Below are positions 26,346 through 35,754 of a stretch of 64,000 nt of DNA, in pieces (position 1 is the first letter of the stretch; the number at the start of each line of letters is the position of its first letter). The stretch lies in the IMG/VR virus record IMGVR_UViG_3300015265_000001, positions 124,001-188,000 of that record; one strand, 5' to 3'. A model generated the notes under the pieces. The model did not search any database, was not told the origin of the DNA, and saw only the letters and a program-made list of their open reading frames with translations. Made by a program: the position numbers and the translations under genes.

Positions 26346-27584
26346 TTAGTCCTCTTGAATCAGACCACGTATGTAAAGAAAATACCCTGTGTGAAGAGCA
26401 CTCGGTTTGTACCGGTTTGTATACCCGTGGAAGAGATGACCTTCGTTATAGGGCCCGGTTGTTTCGTTGACGTATTTCCGTTGAGTACCAATGTCTAGGT
26501 CAAGCAGTCTCCTGTTGATGATCTTGCGCGTGAAGTACTTAGGGATAAGCCCACCGCCTGTAAGGAACGGAAGCGGTCGGGTTTCTCCGGTGTGGTACGT
26601 GAAGGGATACTGGTAAACAACCAGCGGTTTAACCTCTGTGTAGAGATGAGGGTTGTCCAACACAATCAAGAAGCTTGAAGGGTCGGTTAGAAGCTTGGTG
26701 AAGAACTCTTCAGTACTGAAGAAATCGTCAGATACAACTTGACGTTCTTTATCGATAATTGAGGACAGATCGATAAAGTCTTTCGAATCAAAGATCCGCG
26801 AGAACCAATCCACCATTTCAGTGTTGATTGCCGCAGAGTTCTCACCGCGTACCTGCAAGATATCGTTGAGGTACAGACGACCGCCAATCGATGCCCATAC
26901 TGTCTTGCCTTTAAAGGACACCGGCGAGGTAATGTGCAGGAAGCGATAGGTATCGTGGCCTTCGTACTGGATCATCTCTTTGGTGATCGGGTAGCAGGTC
27001 AGTTCAGACACGGTGTTGAAGTTGATGTTGCCAACGTGAATGTTGTCGCTGACGTTGAAGTGCTTACCGGCGTTCAGCAAGTAGACGCACTCGTTACCTT
27101 CAACTGCTCGCACCAGGTGGTTGTTAACGGTCCACAGGGTACGGTTAACGAGCTTCTTGTAATCCACCGCAGAGCCATCGGTTTTAGTTACCCGGATGTC
27201 TTTGGCGTTATGAACGGTCAGGTGTTCTTGATGGTCGTCACCGCGGTTGGCATCACCTGGCAGCAGAGAAAACCATTTGTACTGGATGTCGTGATAGGTC
27301 GCGAAACGGTACTCGGAACCTGGAAGATCGTTGGAAGTAATCAGTGGGACGCTGGCGTTAGCAGTCAACCAATCCTGAATCACTCCAGTGAAGGAAGTGA
27401 GTTGATTCTGATAGTAAGAAGCATCCAGAGCTACATCCTGAAAAGCCAACTCATCATGAATCACGATGATCAGTTTATCAAACTGGGTGAAAAGGTCCTT
27501 TGTTTGAACCGCACTGATATCTAAAAGCTCTTCTCCTCTTGGGACCGACCGGCTGATACCGACCGCCCTTTTATACGTATACAT
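26346..27584 (-). CDS. Probable virion structural protein
   Basis: 412 aa, AAGGAG RBS; divergent from the tail block. Confidence 0.5.
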   Translation of the reverse strand: MYTYKRAVGISRSVPRGEELLDISAVQTKDLFTQFDKLIIVIHDELAFQDVALDASYYQNQLTSFTGVIQDWLTANASVPLITSNDLPGSEYRFATYHDIQYKWFSLLPGDANRGDDHQEHLTVHNAKDIRVTKTDGSAVDYKKLVNRTLWTVNNHLVRAVEGNECVYLLNAGKHFNVSDNIHVGNINFNTVSELTCYPITKEMIQYEGHDTYRFLHITSPVSFKGKTVWASIGGRLYLNDILQVRGENSAAINTEMVDWFSRIFDSKDFIDLSSIIDKERQVVSDDFFSTEEFFTKLLTDPSSFLIVLDNPHLYTEVKPLVVYQYPFTYHTGETRPLPFLTGGGLIPKYFTRKIINRRLLDLDIGTQRKYVNETTGPYNEGHLFHGYTNRYKPSALHTGYFLYIRGLIQED

Positions 27585-27705
27585 TGGGCTAGACTCCTTG
27601 CGATTCTATGAAAAAACTAGCCCCTACAGGCTACTGTAGAGGCCGGTATCACTATGTGGGGCAGGTCATAAGATGCCCTTTTTTATTGCGCCTAGGAGCT
27701 TTGAA

Positions 27706-28488
27706 ATGGCCAACATTGTTTATGATTGGAACCCCTTCCAGCAAAACATCAACAACCGCATCACCGACGAAGTCATCAAGACCGGTGACTTTGCTGCTGG
27801 ACGGGCGGAATTTGTACCACGTGCAGCTCCTTTCTTCAGCCGTAACTTCCAACTGTTTCGTCAGGGCAGCAATACACCACTGATCCTGGGTTACGACTAC
27901 TGCTTCGCCCACTCCTTCGACAAGTTCATCGGCGGGTACGTTCAACAGAACGGTGCGGCAGTACCGGGCTATAACCGTAACGTCTTCGGCTCCATTATCA
28001 TGCTGCGTCCGCAGGCTGGTGATGTGCTGCTACCGAAGTACGACACCATCGGCGGACCGTTTACACTGAACGAAGTGGCGTTTGCAGAGCTGGTGGCCAA
28101 CATCGTTAACTCGCCTCGTGTGGCGGACTGGGCGGACCTCGATCCGGTTACTATTCCGGTGGACTTCCCGCCTGATCCACATGACCACCCTGTCGATCAG
28201 ACTTATGACTACTACGAGATGATGACTCAGATAAAGAGTCTCATCCTGGCGGTCACTGACAACAGCCAAAGTGTCACCCTGAAGTCGCTGTTGGAAGAAC
28301 ATATCGAGCTGCCGCTGATCGAAGCTCACTTGGCCCAGAAATCCGACATCGGGCTTCCGTTGACCCCGAACATGGCCGCTGCTGAGAAGACAGATCTCAA
28401 CGGCAACAGTGCCAACCTTATCGTTACCGTCGATGTCCTGAAAGAGGCATTCCGCCAACTGGCGAACGGTACCCTGAACCTTAACTAA
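27706..28488 (+). CDS. Tail/baseplate protein, short member of the tail paralog family
   Basis: 260 aa from ATG 27706 (AGGAG RBS); shares N.I.DE...P..APFF and W..L....PP..HxH with the next two genes. Confidence 0.6.
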   Translation: MANIVYDWNPFQQNINNRITDEVIKTGDFAAGRAEFVPRAAPFFSRNFQLFRQGSNTPLILGYDYCFAHSFDKFIGGYVQQNGAAVPGYNRNVFGSIIMLRPQAGDVLLPKYDTIGGPFTLNEVAFAELVANIVNSPRVADWADLDPVTIPVDFPPDPHDHPVDQTYDYYEMMTQIKSLILAVTDNSQSVTLKSLLEEHIELPLIEAHLAQKSDIGLPLTPNMAAAEKTDLNGNSANLIVTVDVLKEAFRQLANGTLNLN

Positions 28489-28498
28489 GGAACTGGAT

Positions 28499-31400
28499 AT
28501 GCAATTCCCTATTGTCCGTGAATATCAAGAGGACCTTGAAGGGCTTAATCCGGAAAACAAAATCCTGGATGAGCCCAAGTCCACACCAGCAGGTATTTGG
28601 TCTCGGATCATTGTTCCTGACCACGCACCGTTCTTTGTCGACTCGTTGGCAGTTAAAGCACCCAATGGCCAACCTCTGGACATGGGCGTGCATTACCAGA
28701 TCTTCAGCATCATGCCGCGCCTGACTGATCTGGCCGGTCAATCCGTAGCCTGCTTCATTGAGCTGCTGGATCCGGACCTCACCGACGTGCTGCTTGATTA
28801 TCACGTCGTTGGGGAATACTCGTTAATTGACAACCGCCTGCTGCAAATGATTTTCTCGGCTGTTAATGACGATCGTCCAGTGTTCTGGGAGAACCTCAAG
28901 AACAAACCTGTGGTGTTCCCACCGCACCTGCACAGCCATAGCCTGATCCGTACGGTTGTGTGCTGGCAGGATACGCTGGAAGTCATGGACCTTTACCTGG
29001 CCATGAAAGCAGCGAACGGTCGCGAACCAACGCAGATCCGTATCGACCACTTCTACGACCTGCTGACTCACTACATCACCGTCTACAGTGATATGCTGAC
29101 CGAGTTCTTGACCCGTCACATGCGGACCAACAACGAACACGGTTTGACGGCTTTGCAAGTTGGACTGGAAAAGGTTGACAACTACGAAACCGCCACCAGC
29201 GGTAACGTGTTGCAGGCGCGCAGCGATATGCACCTGACCCCTCAAGGGTTGGAAACCATTATCGAGACCTTTGGTTTCGATAGCTCGCAATACCTGAAGA
29301 CCGGTCTGTTGCCTATCTCTCGTTTTGGTAACACCAACTTCATTCCCGCCAACATCGACGGCTCGTTTGAAGGCTTCGGTGGGTTCAGTGAAACGGCTGG
29401 GATCACGCTGGAGTCGGACGGCTCGATGGCTTTTCTGTGGAACCGTTTCGACGGACGCACCACAGGCTTGTACTACTCGGTCCTGACAGATTCCGATGGT
29501 CCCAATGGCCAACTGCTGTACACCGGCTACAAGTACAACCATGCCCGTATCAACATCGACGGTGCTAGCGTGAACTTGATTGCACAGGGTAGTGGTGAAG
29601 ACGTTATCCTGGTGGGCGACAACGTTAAAGAACTGTACTACATCGGGGTAACCAACGGCTCCTTGGATCCGGCGAAACACGTGTACTCTCCGATTGACCT
29701 GAGACCGCTGGTTAACGCCATTTCCAGCAACCCAGGTTCGTTGAAGGTTAGCCAGCTCTTCCCGTTTATTAGCATCGCATTAATCGGGCAGTGGATCTAC
29801 GTCTTCCACAGTGCGTCTACGGGAACACCCGTTGCGAGTCCTAACCTCACCTTTGACATGCGGTTCAAGTTCTTCTACCGCGTTCCTTTGGCCAGCGTTA
29901 AGGCACAGACCCCAGTAACTGCGACTCGTCAGAACGTGACATTCCAGGATGCTGAAGGCGTACAGTGGAACAACTCACCATACTTCCGCTGGTGCGACAA
30001 GATTCTGGACGGTAACGGTAACGTGGCTAAATGCCTCTTCCCGTTTGTTCAGGGATCTAACGGCATGATCGGTTTCTATCGTTCGGCCATTACTCTGGTG
30101 GCGGAGAACCCATCGGTACCAGGTCAGTTTGCAATGAAGTTCGTGTCGGCGTTCTACGCCGCGCTAACCGGGGCAACGCTCAACACCCAGTTCAGTTATG
30201 TGCCGGAGTTGAATTATAACTTCGACCCTAATACGGGCGTGATGAGTCTGACGTCCAAGACAGCCATTTTCCCGGTTGACTTCTCTAAACCTTCTCCGGC
30301 AGTAGGTTACGAGCAAAACCAGTTCATGTACAACTCGGTATTCCTGTACGCCGGGCAAGGTGGTAACGTGCTCGCGGATGGTCGCTATGCGGCCTCAGGT
30401 TCTCCAGGTTATGCAGGGTTCCCGCGGTTAGGGTTGGTAGGTGTTCCACCGGGTTCTCACAACCGACACACCACAATCTCTAGACTGTGGGGGGTGGCTA
30501 AAGATTTCACTCAGAAATCCTGGAACGAGGTTCTTACCAGCCCGTTGGCATCGTCGACAAACCCACGGGCTCAAGCCTATGTTCCAACGGGTGAGTTCTA
30601 CGTTGCCGGTGGTCGCAACCAGCAGATCTATTCGAAGCTGTTCTTCAAAACCATCGCGGGTCGTTTTGCAGTGCGACCGGAGGTTACCAACCTCATTGTG
30701 GGGCAGGTAGTTTCTCGTCCTCTGACCGGTGATATCCGGCCGGTGAACGCACTGCCAGGCATGGGGATGGCGACGGTAGTGTTCGCTACACCTTATCTGA
30801 CGCAGTATGGGGTGGATGTGGGGGATGGTGCGTTCTGCATGAACTCTCAGACCAAGCACTTAGACAGAACGCGAGTGGGAACCGCTTGGCCTGCTAACAC
30901 GGCTAACCCAAATGACGTTCTCTTGGTTGCCAACCACAACAACCGCATTGAAGCAGATGGGACGGTAACCATTGTTCCTACTCTCGAGATCCTCTACCAA
31001 GAGAACATCGTCAATGCACTGCTGGGTCAGATCCAATTCACCGGGATGGCTACACGGTTCAAGTTCATTTCGATCTGTGATCCGACCTATTCCTCGATGT
31101 CGGCTCGAGCCGGTTGGCTGCCGGTCTGTGTGTCGGTTCAGTACGCACCTACGGGCGGCGCTGATATCAACACACTGTACTCGACGTTCATGACCATCCA
31201 GCCTACCTATGCTGCTGTTAACGGGCGTTGGCAGGTTACCGGATTTACCGTGCTCGATATCGTTCATGGCATTGGTCCCGGTCAGGCGGTTTATGAAAGT
31301 CAGCGTATCTATGGTTCCACCTACGACTATGAGACAGCATCGTCGATGCACTGCCCAATGCGTTGCCGGTATTATCTGAACGGCAATGCGTTGCAGGTCT

Positions 31401-32044
31401 ACATGGGTTCCGGGATAATGTCGTTTACGGCGGGCGATCAGTTTGTTCTTGACTGGATTTTTACCTACAACGATCGAAACACTCGGCGTTGGAGTAGTAA
31501 CACCAGACAGGAAACGAGCACCTCCACACCGTCGGTCTGCATTACTCCGGATAACGGCATCAGTCGTTCCTTTGGCTGGGCTGAATCCACAGGTGGGGCC
31601 GCGCTGATTCAGGCAGGTCCGGTTAACAACGCGGTGGTGGGTTCGGTTTATCCACAAACAGGTTGGATCATCTTCTTCAAAACCGCTATCAACGTGATCT
31701 TCAATGGTCGGCCATTTGTAATCCCGGCCGGCTCCATTGACTTGCGTGACATCGATTCTGCTCCGCAGAACAAAACGTTTTACATTTATGCGTTCCTCAG
31801 GGACGGTGTGGCGCAGTATGAGGTCACTACTCTGAAGCGGTTGGAAAGTCAGTACCAACTGTGGGTCGGCAAGGTCACCACGAACGCCAGTCAGATTCTC
31901 ACCATTGACCGGTACAACGTGATTGCCATGAACGGCCATCGCATCAGTGAGCTGAAACGCGGTAACTCCATTCCAGCGTCGTCTGGTTTGGTCGTCGAGG
32001 AAGGACAAATCCCTTGGTTCTACCAGAGTGAAATCCTTCCTTAA
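28499..32044 (+). CDS. Long tail (fibre-associated) protein, paralog 1
   Basis: 1181 aa; shared N-module, GSFEG block and C-terminal IDLRDID.APQNKTFY block. Confidence 0.7.
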   Translation: MQFPIVREYQEDLEGLNPENKILDEPKSTPAGIWSRIIVPDHAPFFVDSLAVKAPNGQPLDMGVHYQIFSIMPRLTDLAGQSVACFIELLDPDLTDVLLDYHVVGEYSLIDNRLLQMIFSAVNDDRPVFWENLKNKPVVFPPHLHSHSLIRTVVCWQDTLEVMDLYLAMKAANGREPTQIRIDHFYDLLTHYITVYSDMLTEFLTRHMRTNNEHGLTALQVGLEKVDNYETATSGNVLQARSDMHLTPQGLETIIETFGFDSSQYLKTGLLPISRFGNTNFIPANIDGSFEGFGGFSETAGITLESDGSMAFLWNRFDGRTTGLYYSVLTDSDGPNGQLLYTGYKYNHARINIDGASVNLIAQGSGEDVILVGDNVKELYYIGVTNGSLDPAKHVYSPIDLRPLVNAISSNPGSLKVSQLFPFISIALIGQWIYVFHSASTGTPVASPNLTFDMRFKFFYRVPLASVKAQTPVTATRQNVTFQDAEGVQWNNSPYFRWCDKILDGNGNVAKCLFPFVQGSNGMIGFYRSAITLVAENPSVPGQFAMKFVSAFYAALTGATLNTQFSYVPELNYNFDPNTGVMSLTSKTAIFPVDFSKPSPAVGYEQNQFMYNSVFLYAGQGGNVLADGRYAASGSPGYAGFPRLGLVGVPPGSHNRHTTISRLWGVAKDFTQKSWNEVLTSPLASSTNPRAQAYVPTGEFYVAGGRNQQIYSKLFFKTIAGRFAVRPEVTNLIVGQVVSRPLTGDIRPVNALPGMGMATVVFATPYLTQYGVDVGDGAFCMNSQTKHLDRTRVGTAWPANTANPNDVLLVANHNNRIEADGTVTIVPTLEILYQENIVNALLGQIQFTGMATRFKFISICDPTYSSMSARAGWLPVCVSVQYAPTGGADINTLYSTFMTIQPTYAAVNGRWQVTGFTVLDIVHGIGPGQAVYESQRIYGSTYDYETASSMHCPMRCRYYLNGNALQVYMGSGIMSFTAGDQFVLDWIFTYNDRNTRRWSSNTRQETSTSTPSVCITPDNGISRSFGWAESTGGAALIQAGPVNNAVVGSVYPQTGWIIFFKTAINVIFNGRPFVIPAGSIDLRDIDSAPQNKTFYIYAFLRDGVAQYEVTTLKRLESQYQLWVGKVTTNASQILTIDRYNVIAMNGHRISELKRGNSIPASSGLVVEEGQIPWFYQSEILP
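31758..31785 (+). repeat. 28-bp exact direct repeat, copy 1
   Basis: CTGCTCCGCAGAACAAAACGTTTTACAT, also at 35422-35449. Confidence 0.85.
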
Positions 32045-32055
32045 AACTTAGGTCC

Positions 32056-32095
32056 GGATAGCCGGGGAGTATTCCTCCCTGGCGTCCTCTCTTTT
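32056..32095 (+). terminator. Probable terminator
   Basis: GCCGGGGAG-TATTC-CTCCCTGGC followed by CTCTCTTTT. Confidence 0.55.
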
Positions 32096-32111
32096 GAATA
32101 AGGTTAAAGTG

Positions 32112-35100
32112 ATGGATTCCATTCCGCTCTTAGTGTTCGACATCCGTGGTGAAAATCCTGTCAACACCATTCCCGGTGAGAAGATCCCACTCAAGGATAA
32201 AACCTTGAACTGGACCATTCCTAACGGGTCCCCTTTCTTTAACGAACCTGGCTTGCTCGTGGTTCGTAACCAAGCGGGTGGTATTCTCACCCGTGATCGT
32301 GACTACTACGTAGAAGGTGAGTTCGTTCCTTTCTGCGAGATCACCGGTCGTTCTATTTGTTCCTTTATCCGTGTCTCTGACGCTATCCTGGCCGGCAACG
32401 ACTTCATCACCGTTGACTACCAGAGTATCGGGGCCTGGTTCGTACCCCGTAACGATCTGCAAGACTGGCTGGACCAGATGCACAAGGGTAAAACTCCGAT
32501 CCCTTGGAGCAAGGTGTTCTACGTACCACCTACCCTGCCACCAGAGTACCACACGCACAACATCAAAACTGAAATCATGGATTGGTATGATTTCACGTAC
32601 TTCTTCGCTGAGCTGGAGGGCATCCGCAGTACTCGGGATCCTGACTTCGATGACAAGTTGACTGCTGCGGTAGAAGACGCCTACAACAAGTTGTATGCTG
32701 CACGTGATCAACAACTGATCAGGCTGCAAGCGCATGACAAGAACTACAACAACCCGCACGGGGCTGACGCGTTCGACATTGACATGGGTAACCATGACAA
32801 CTACCACACTGCCACCCTTGCAGAGGACCTGGCAGGTGTCAGGAGCGACGTTCTCAGTACACCCCATGGCGTGGTAGCCCTGGCGAAGAGCTACGTCCCA
32901 GACACCGATAAGGCGATGCTGGCGGGTATCTTCCCGATCAGCTCGTATAGTGGCGAATCTTTCCTGCCTCCAAACATCAGTGGTTCGTTTGAAGGGATGG
33001 GTCAGCAAACTGAATGTTCGGGTATCTGCCTGGAACCAAGCGGCCTGATGATGGTGTTGTCTAACCACAACGACGGCCGGACTAAGGGTTTGTATTTTTC
33101 AGTGGTTGAGGATTACAACAAGGACAGCATCCGGGTCACCTACAGTAACTACAAGTATCGTCCACCAGCGCTCACTGCATTGGGGATCGATGTTGACCGC
33201 ATTATTGCGGGTAGTGGCAACAAGGTGATCATGACGGGTGTAGCGGGAACCAACGACTGGTTTATCTGCTTAACCAACGGTTCGTTTGATCCGGGTGGCC
33301 ACGCTTACGTCCGTTGCGACATGAGTGCTGTCAACGCATACTTCGGTTCGCCCTACGGTAATGCTACCGTGTTTGGCCACAACGACCAAGCCACCATTCA
33401 CCACATGGGTACTTACCTGGTGTTGGTGCAGGCGTACGTGGCAGAGGGTGGTGTGCCTAAAAGTCGCTTCTACCGTGTGAGAACAGCGGATGTTGTCAAT
33501 GGATTGGGGGTGGCATGGGAAGCTATTCCACTGACCTACCAGGACTGGGACGGTACTCAATACAACGGTGTGCTGGACTATCAAGCGCAACAAGTCTTCA
33601 AAGACGGTAACGGGCAGATTGTTAGATTCGGTCGCTTCACGATGCAACAGCCTATTACCTGGCTGTCGATTCTGCGTCGAGACTTGAACCTGTCGTGGCC
33701 GCAAACCGGTGGGGGTGGTAACTACTACTTCCACACACTTCAGTACTTCCACATGGTCTATTATGACCGTCCGGTAGATCCGTTGTTTGTTCAGATCCTA
33801 CCGGGAATTACTGAGATGTTCTATCTCTTCAATCCTGCCACAGGAGTAATGTCCAGACAGGGTAAGAGTCCAGCAATCTCGCTTAACTTCTCAGTGAGTG
33901 ACGGCGAAGCATACATCCGTCAATATCGACACCTCTACAACCAGTTGGTTGCTTATCAACAGCCATCAACTGTAATGTTGGCAACAGGTGAAATGGTGTC
34001 GACGTGTGTATTTGAGGGTGCGGCTGAGTTCCCATGCCGACTGAACATCGTCAAAATGAAGGGTATTACTAGCGCCGAACAATGGATGTCTCGACTGTTG
34101 GACAGCGATACCACTCAGGTTGAGCGTAATGTGCTCCACACCCCTTCGGTGCAGCCAGCGACCAAGAATGGTGTTTACACGACGGCCATGACGTTTGAAG
34201 CTGATGGCGAAGTATTCTGCGCGGCGGATATGTCAACACCAGATCTGATCCGTAAGGTGTTCTTCCGCAAGGTAAGTGGTGGCTACGCAGTCAGAGACGG
34301 CGTCAACAACTTGACCTTAGGTGCAAACATCTACTCACGTCCCCTTACCACCGAGATTTACTCAACCAACCTGACGCGTGTTGACGGCATGTTGGGGATT
34401 ACTGGTAGTGGTGCTGAATTGGCCGCAGCTGGTGTGGATCAGGGCAGTGGGTCGGCAAGCTTCTGCGCCTACTCAAGTCTGTATCCGGCAAGTCAGCATC
34501 TGCCGCAATGCCCAGAACTGCGAGCGCCAGCGAGTGGTAACGTGCTGGTTTCATTCCCACGGACGTACACCAAAGCACTGGACACGATCAACAAGGTAGC
34601 GACCTACTCGGCAACCAGTTTCTATGGTTTCCGGCAGAACGTTATTGATCAGATCAGAGCGTTGACCGGGAATGCCAGTAAATGGGCATTCACGATTAAC
34701 CATTTGGGTGCCGAGAACGGCGGGATGTTCCGTGGGTTGAATCACTCGGTAGTCATGGTCAACTGGATTGTAGAAGGCACGGCTCGTTTCCGGTCTCGGT
34801 TGTTGATCGGTGTTCCTGTTGTGGAAGCCCCGAATGCTAACCACCCTGGTGTGTACCTCATCACCAGCTTTAACTGGGCGTCTGCTCCGGCTGATGTTTC
34901 TACGTGTCCATGGGCAGTACTACAAGGATACGAGCAGTGGCAGAAGCTAGACACTATCTACGTTGCTAAGCCATTACTGTCGGGTTATCGGGATGGTAAC
35001 AACCTGAAGATCTCGATGGTGTCTGGACATGAGCACGTGGTGGCCACTTCTCGTCAAGTTCCTATTGCTATTTTCGACCTGAACCTGGGCAACAGCCAGA

Positions 35101-35708
35101 TCGAGAACATGGCAATCGGGTCTCTTGCTCGTGATCGGGGTGACGTTGCCGTGATGTGGCCGGGTGTTGGGATGACAGATGTCAGTATCACTAACCAGGA
35201 CGGTTTTGACGGTAAGTTAATTACCCAAACCCTGTTCCCGTATCAGTTCACGGGTGGTGGTGCTGCGATTCATGCGAGGTCTGGGGTCGGTTATATCGTC
35301 CCTACGTCGGTATATCCGGAGATTGGTTGGTTGTTGTTTATCCAAGACAACATTCGGATGATGATCAACGGAACGGCTTACTCGATTCAGGGTGGGACGA
35401 TCGACCTTCGGGATATTGACCCTGCTCCGCAGAACAAAACGTTTTACATGTACGCAACAATCGAGGATGAAACACCTAAGTATCTGTTGTCGGCAGTACC
35501 GCTTCGCAAGAGCGGCTCCATGTTGCGGGTAGCGACCATCGTTACCAACGATAAACAGATCTTGACCATCACTCGCGAACAACCGTTTATGGTGGGCGAT
35601 CTGCTGCTGAGCTATACCCGTGAAGGTGGGACCATCCCTATGTCCACGGGCTACCCTCAAGACGAAGGCTTGTTTGTATTCCTTCGTCAGGGCGAGCTGT
35701 TGCCTTAA
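32112..35708 (+). CDS. Long tail (fibre-associated) protein, paralog 2
   Basis: About 1198 aa from ATG 32112; same conserved blocks as paralog 1. Confidence 0.7.
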   Translation: MDSIPLLVFDIRGENPVNTIPGEKIPLKDKTLNWTIPNGSPFFNEPGLLVVRNQAGGILTRDRDYYVEGEFVPFCEITGRSICSFIRVSDAILAGNDFITVDYQSIGAWFVPRNDLQDWLDQMHKGKTPIPWSKVFYVPPTLPPEYHTHNIKTEIMDWYDFTYFFAELEGIRSTRDPDFDDKLTAAVEDAYNKLYAARDQQLIRLQAHDKNYNNPHGADAFDIDMGNHDNYHTATLAEDLAGVRSDVLSTPHGVVALAKSYVPDTDKAMLAGIFPISSYSGESFLPPNISGSFEGMGQQTECSGICLEPSGLMMVLSNHNDGRTKGLYFSVVEDYNKDSIRVTYSNYKYRPPALTALGIDVDRIIAGSGNKVIMTGVAGTNDWFICLTNGSFDPGGHAYVRCDMSAVNAYFGSPYGNATVFGHNDQATIHHMGTYLVLVQAYVAEGGVPKSRFYRVRTADVVNGLGVAWEAIPLTYQDWDGTQYNGVLDYQAQQVFKDGNGQIVRFGRFTMQQPITWLSILRRDLNLSWPQTGGGGNYYFHTLQYFHMVYYDRPVDPLFVQILPGITEMFYLFNPATGVMSRQGKSPAISLNFSVSDGEAYIRQYRHLYNQLVAYQQPSTVMLATGEMVSTCVFEGAAEFPCRLNIVKMKGITSAEQWMSRLLDSDTTQVERNVLHTPSVQPATKNGVYTTAMTFEADGEVFCAADMSTPDLIRKVFFRKVSGGYAVRDGVNNLTLGANIYSRPLTTEIYSTNLTRVDGMLGITGSGAELAAAGVDQGSGSASFCAYSSLYPASQHLPQCPELRAPASGNVLVSFPRTYTKALDTINKVATYSATSFYGFRQNVIDQIRALTGNASKWAFTINHLGAENGGMFRGLNHSVVMVNWIVEGTARFRSRLLIGVPVVEAPNANHPGVYLITSFNWASAPADVSTCPWAVLQGYEQWQKLDTIYVAKPLLSGYRDGNNLKISMVSGHEHVVATSRQVPIAIFDLNLGNSQIENMAIGSLARDRGDVAVMWPGVGMTDVSITNQDGFDGKLITQTLFPYQFTGGGAAIHARSGVGYIVPTSVYPEIGWLLFIQDNIRMMINGTAYSIQGGTIDLRDIDPAPQNKTFYMYATIEDETPKYLLSAVPLRKSGSMLRVATIVTNDKQILTITREQPFMVGDLLLSYTREGGTIPMSTGYPQDEGLFVFLRQGELLP
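35422..35449 (+). repeat. 28-bp exact direct repeat, copy 2
   Basis: Identical to 31758-31785. Confidence 0.85.
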
Positions 35709-35715
35709 CACATCC

Positions 35716-35739
35716 GGGGGGACTTCGGTCCCCCTATTT
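35716..35739 (+). terminator. Terminator (UUCG loop)
   Basis: GGGGGGAC-TTCG-GTCCCCCT followed by ATTT. Confidence 0.65.
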
Positions 35740-35754
35740 CAACGGAGAGTGGCT

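Noticed and set aside
22236-27584. Endolysin expected near the lysis-like genes
   Set aside because: No lysozyme, transglycosylase, amidase, peptidase or peptidoglycan-binding motif recognised.
27586-27623. GGGCTAG/CTAGCCC stem around the RBS of the 26346-27584 gene
   Set aside because: Only 7 bp with a 24-nt loop; plausible by chance.
35620-35754. Longer start for tail paralog 3
   Set aside because: It spans the upstream gene end and a terminator; ATG 35755 has a proper RBS.
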